A stretch of 62,106 bases of DNA from Rhodospirillales bacterium (GTDB taxonomy: Bacteria; Pseudomonadota; Alphaproteobacteria; Rhodospirillales; CAMCUA01), in assembly GCA_947470575.1 (NCBI GenBank), contig CANITX010000001.1, positions 1 to 62,106 on the forward strand, read 5' to 3'. Made by a program: the position numbers and the translations under genes. The notes beneath the pieces were generated by a model that saw nothing but the letters and a program-made list of their open reading frames with translations, was not told the DNA's origin and ran no database searches. This document shows positions 59,049-62,106 of this stretch, piece after piece (positions within the stretch are counted from its first letter, which is position 1; each line of letters opens with the position of its first letter).

Positions 59049-61093
59049 CGGCCCGGGCTCCTTCCGTCGGATGGTCCTGCCTTGAAGGCGCGGCGCCATG
59101 CGAACCAGCCGAACAGGCCCAGCCCGGCGACAACGAGGACAATCGTGCCGACGTTCGGCGTATCGGATTCACGTGGTTCGGCTCCGGCGGCCTGAGTTGG
59201 CTGGCGGGCCTCCAAGGCTGCTGCCTTGGCCGAGTCATACCACCAATAGGAAACCTCGGTGCCACGGTCGGCAACCACATCGGGCTTGGAAAACTTGTCC
59301 CAATAGAGCACCCGATCGGTACGCGAATGCCAGCTGGGGATGACGTAGTGGCCCCACAGCAGGACACGATCCAGAGCCCGGGTGCGGGCAACCAGAGATT
59401 CGCGATCCTCCGCGCTGATGACGTCCTCGATCAGGGCGTCGATCACCGGATCTTGGATACCCATGTAGTTGCGCGAACCGGGTTGCTTGGCGGCCGCCGT
59501 GCTCCAGAACTCCCGCTGCTCGTTACCTGGCGAATCGGATTGCCCCCATCCGCCGATCATCATGTCGAAGTCGTAGCTGCGGATGCGGTTGATGTATTGC
59601 GACTGATCGACCAACCGGATGTCGATCTCGATACCCAAGCGCGCCAGGTTGCGCTTGAAGGGCAGGACGATGCGCTCGAAGGCGGGCGACACCAATAGGA
59701 CCTCGAAGCGCAGCGGCTGGCCGGTCTGTTTATTGACCAGGCGCATATCGCGCACTTCGTAACCGGCTTCGTCGAGCAGTTTGAACGCCTGCTCCAGGTT
59801 CTCGCGCGGCCAGCCGGTGCCGTCCGTGGTCGGCACGGTATAGGGCCGGGTGAAGACCTCCGGCGGCAGGCGGTCGCGGAACCGTTCCAGCGACGCCAGT
59901 TCCTCGCCTTCGGGCAGGGCGGAGGAAGCCAGTTCGGAATTGGAGAAATAGCTGGTCGTGCGGGCGTACAGGCCGAAAAACAGATTGCGGTTGGTCCATT
60001 CGAAATCGAGGGCGTAGTTCAGCGCCTCGCGGAGCTTGCGGTTATCGAAGGGCGCCCGACGGGTGTTCATGGCGAAGGCCTGCATGCCGGTGCCCCGTTT
60101 ATGGGGCAGGGCTTCCTTCTTCAGCCATCCCTCGCGCACCGCCGGAACGTCGTAGTCGAGGGCCCAGGCCTTGGCCTGGTTTTCCAGGCGGTAATCAATC
60201 TGCCCGGCCTTCAACGCCTGGCGAAGCACCGTCTCGTCGAGGTAGTAGTCATAGCGGATGCGGTCGAAATTATCCTGGCCGATGTTCACCGCCAGGTCCT
60301 TGCCCCAGTAGTCCGCTACCCGTTCCAGGACCACGAAGCGCCCGGCTTCGAAACTGCCGATCTTATAAGGACCGCTGATCAGCGGCGGCTCCAGTGTCGC
60401 CCGGTCGAATTCGCGGCCTTCCCAATAGTGCTTGGGCAAGATCGGGATTTGACCGGTGATGAGCGGCAGTTCGCGGTTGTTCTGTTCGGAAAATGTGAAG
60501 CGCACCGTGCGCGGGCCGGTCTTCTCGGCTTTGACGATGCTGGCGTAGTAAAAGCGATAGAGCGGCTTGCCTTTGGTCTTCAAGATGTCGAGCGAGAAGA
60601 TCACGTCTTCCACCGTGATCGGCCGGCCGTCGTGCCAGCGTGCCTCGGGGCGCAGCGTGAAGGCAACCCACGAGCGGTCTTCCGGCCATTCGATGCTCTC
60701 GGCGATCAGCCCGTATTCGGTGAAAGGCTCGTCGGCGCTGGAGATCAGCAGCGTTTCCGCCACCGCGCCCGGCGCCGGATTGCCCTTCACCGCATAGGGA
60801 TTGAAGCTGTCGAAGGTGCCGTCGTCGCCCAGGCGCAGTTCGCCGCCCTTCGGCGCGTTCGGATTGACGTAGTCGAAATGCTTGAAGCCGGGGGGATATT
60901 TGGGCGAGCCGTGCATGGCGATGGCCGGCGCCCGGTGGATGAGCTGGCCCTTGTCGTCGCTGCGGATGCCGACCGTGGCGTCGCCGGGCGCCGCTTGCTG
61001 GGCGATGGCGCTCGCCGCGCCAAACTCGACGGTGACGGCGAGGAGGAGACCGGCGGCAATGTTGATGGCGCAAAGCAGGCGGCGGACGCGCAT
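59045..61093 (-). CDS. yejA: extracellular solute-binding protein, family 5, large YejA type
   Basis: 682 aa with a signal peptide, then HGSPKYPPGFKHFDYVNPNAPKGG, which is characteristic of YejA-like microcin C/peptide-uptake binding proteins. Confidence 0.85.
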   Translation of the reverse strand: MRVRRLLCAINIAAGLLLAVTVEFGAASAIAQQAAPGDATVGIRSDDKGQLIHRAPAIAMHGSPKYPPGFKHFDYVNPNAPKGGELRLGDDGTFDSFNPYAVKGNPAPGAVAETLLISSADEPFTEYGLIAESIEWPEDRSWVAFTLRPEARWHDGRPITVEDVIFSLDILKTKGKPLYRFYYASIVKAEKTGPRTVRFTFSEQNNRELPLITGQIPILPKHYWEGREFDRATLEPPLISGPYKIGSFEAGRFVVLERVADYWGKDLAVNIGQDNFDRIRYDYYLDETVLRQALKAGQIDYRLENQAKAWALDYDVPAVREGWLKKEALPHKRGTGMQAFAMNTRRAPFDNRKLREALNYALDFEWTNRNLFFGLYARTTSYFSNSELASSALPEGEELASLERFRDRLPPEVFTRPYTVPTTDGTGWPRENLEQAFKLLDEAGYEVRDMRLVNKQTGQPLRFEVLLVSPAFERIVLPFKRNLARLGIEIDIRLVDQSQYINRIRSYDFDMMIGGWGQSDSPGNEQREFWSTAAAKQPGSRNYMGIQDPVIDALIEDVISAEDRESLVARTRALDRVLLWGHYVIPSWHSRTDRVLYWDKFSKPDVVADRGTEVSYWWYDSAKAAALEARQPTQAAGAEPRESDTPNVGTIVLVVAGLGLFGWFAWRRAFKAGPSDGRSPGR

Positions 61094-61164
61094 GCGACTC
61101 CCCGAAAATCGAAGGCGATCAGACGATAAGGGTCTCGATGAAGCGGGGCAAGCCGCGTGCCGCC

Positions 61165-61944
61165 TCAGGCCGAAAGGATAGCGATGGCCTCTATGTGCCG
61201 GTTCGCGTCTCCGGCGGCGACCACCCGTCCGGGCGAGGCAATGGTCAACGCCTGGCCGGCCCAGTCGGTGACGATGCCGCCGGCGCCTTCAATGACCGGC
61301 ACCAGGGCGCAGAAATCGTAGGGCTTCAACGCCGCTTCCACCACCAGGTCGACGTGGCCGCTGGCCAGCAGGCCGTAGGCATAGCAATCGGCGCCGTAGA
61401 GCGCCCGGAGGCAATTCTTGCGCAGCGCCTCGAAGCGCGGAAAGGTCTCGGCATCGAACATGTGCGGCGAGGTGGCATACATCCAGGCCTGGGACAGCGC
61501 CGCGCAGGCGCGAGTCCCGGCCGGTTTGCCGTTGTAAAGGGTGGGCCGTCCGGTCGCCCCCGTCCAGCGTTCGCCCAAGGCCGGATGGTCGATGACGCCC
61601 AGAACCGGACGGCCTTTGTGGGTCAGCGCGACGAGCACGCCGAACAGCGGCTTGCCGGTGGCGAAGCCCTGGGTGCCGTCGATGGGGTCGAGCACCCAGA
61701 CATAGTCGGCGTCCAACCGCTCGGAGCCGTGTTCCTCACCCAGGATGCCGTGTTCCGGCACGGCTTCGGCCAGCAAAGTCCGCATGGCCGTTTCGGCCTC
61801 GCGGTCGGCGATGGTGACCGGGCTGTTGTCGGCCTTGGTGTCGATGGCCAGGCGCGAACGAAAATGCCGCCGGGCGATAACGCCGGCGGCATCGGCCAGC
61901 CGTTCGGCCAGCGGCAGGAAACGGGCGGGGCCTTCGCCGCTCAC
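61165..61944 (-). CDS. hisN: inositol monophosphatase-family protein, probably histidinol-phosphatase HisN
   Basis: SPVTIADREAE, WVLDPIDGT, and the C-terminal VVEAALKPYDFCALVPVIEGAGG pattern typical of the HisN subgroup. Confidence 0.7.
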   Translation of the reverse strand: MSGEGPARFLPLAERLADAAGVIARRHFRSRLAIDTKADNSPVTIADREAETAMRTLLAEAVPEHGILGEEHGSERLDADYVWVLDPIDGTQGFATGKPLFGVLVALTHKGRPVLGVIDHPALGERWTGATGRPTLYNGKPAGTRACAALSQAWMYATSPHMFDAETFPRFEALRKNCLRALYGADCYAYGLLASGHVDLVVEAALKPYDFCALVPVIEGAGGIVTDWAGQALTIASPGRVVAAGDANRHIEAIAILSA

Positions 61945-61966
61945 GCGATGAGCCCCGGAACCGGAA

Positions 61967-62106
61967 TCAGGGCAGCTTCTTGGGCGATTCGGACAGGCTG
62001 CGCAGATAGGCGATGGCGTCAGCCCGCTCCTTGCCCTTCTTTAGGCCGGCGAAGCTCATCTTGGTGCCCGGCGCGAAGACGCGCGGGTTCTCCAGGAAGT
62101 GATTGA
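61967..62106 (-). CDS. class I c-type cytochrome (cytochrome c2-like), C-terminal 45 residues only; the gene continues past the right edge of the window
   Basis: My own minus-strand translation gives [56 protein letters not shown]...YL is the conserved Met-ligand region of mitochondrial-type cytochrome c. Confidence 0.7.
   Translation of the reverse strand, partial: NHFLENPRVFAPGTKMSFAGLKKGKERADAIAYLRSLSESPKKLP

Overview
By eye this is a high-GC chromosomal segment. Gene content and synteny point to an alphaproteobacterium, probably Rhodospirillales-like; that assignment is an inference. I call about 60 protein-coding genes, one tRNA-Arg(ACG) and one SRP (4.5S) RNA.

Most of the window is conserved housekeeping:
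- rpmH-rnpA-yidD-yidC-engB-argB
- dapE, truA, fmt-def, rmuC
- ffs-dnaX ... ybaB-recR
- ahcY
- the alphaproteobacterial chvI-chvG-hprK-rapZ-EIIA(Man)-npr module, with a GTP-type PEPCK nearby
- yejABEF, hisN, and a partial cytochrome c gene at the right edge

The left 7.5 kb, ending at the 3' side of the tRNA-Arg, looks more accessory. It carries an alpha/beta hydrolase, a CapA-like protein, a beta-propeller protein, an HpcH aldolase and tctB-tctA-tctC.

I found no CRISPR array, IS element, integrase, prophage or recognisable defence system. I also cannot point to an unmistakable novel multi-gene system.

The observations most worth a second look are:
1. A DivL-like kinase whose phospho-acceptor His is replaced by Tyr.
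2. A sensor kinase split by a C9 homopolymer frameshift.
3. A substrate-binding-protein gene interrupted by an in-frame amber codon directly after its signal peptide.
4. A GGDEF-DUF2336 two-gene operon.
5. A PolB-exonuclease-like DEDDy gene sitting between dnaX and ybaB-recR.
6. An ambiguous locus next to panC with an in-frame TGA.
7. A degenerate tRNA T-arm repeat next to tRNA-Arg.

Functional calls rest on my recognition of family motifs in the translations. No database search was run.
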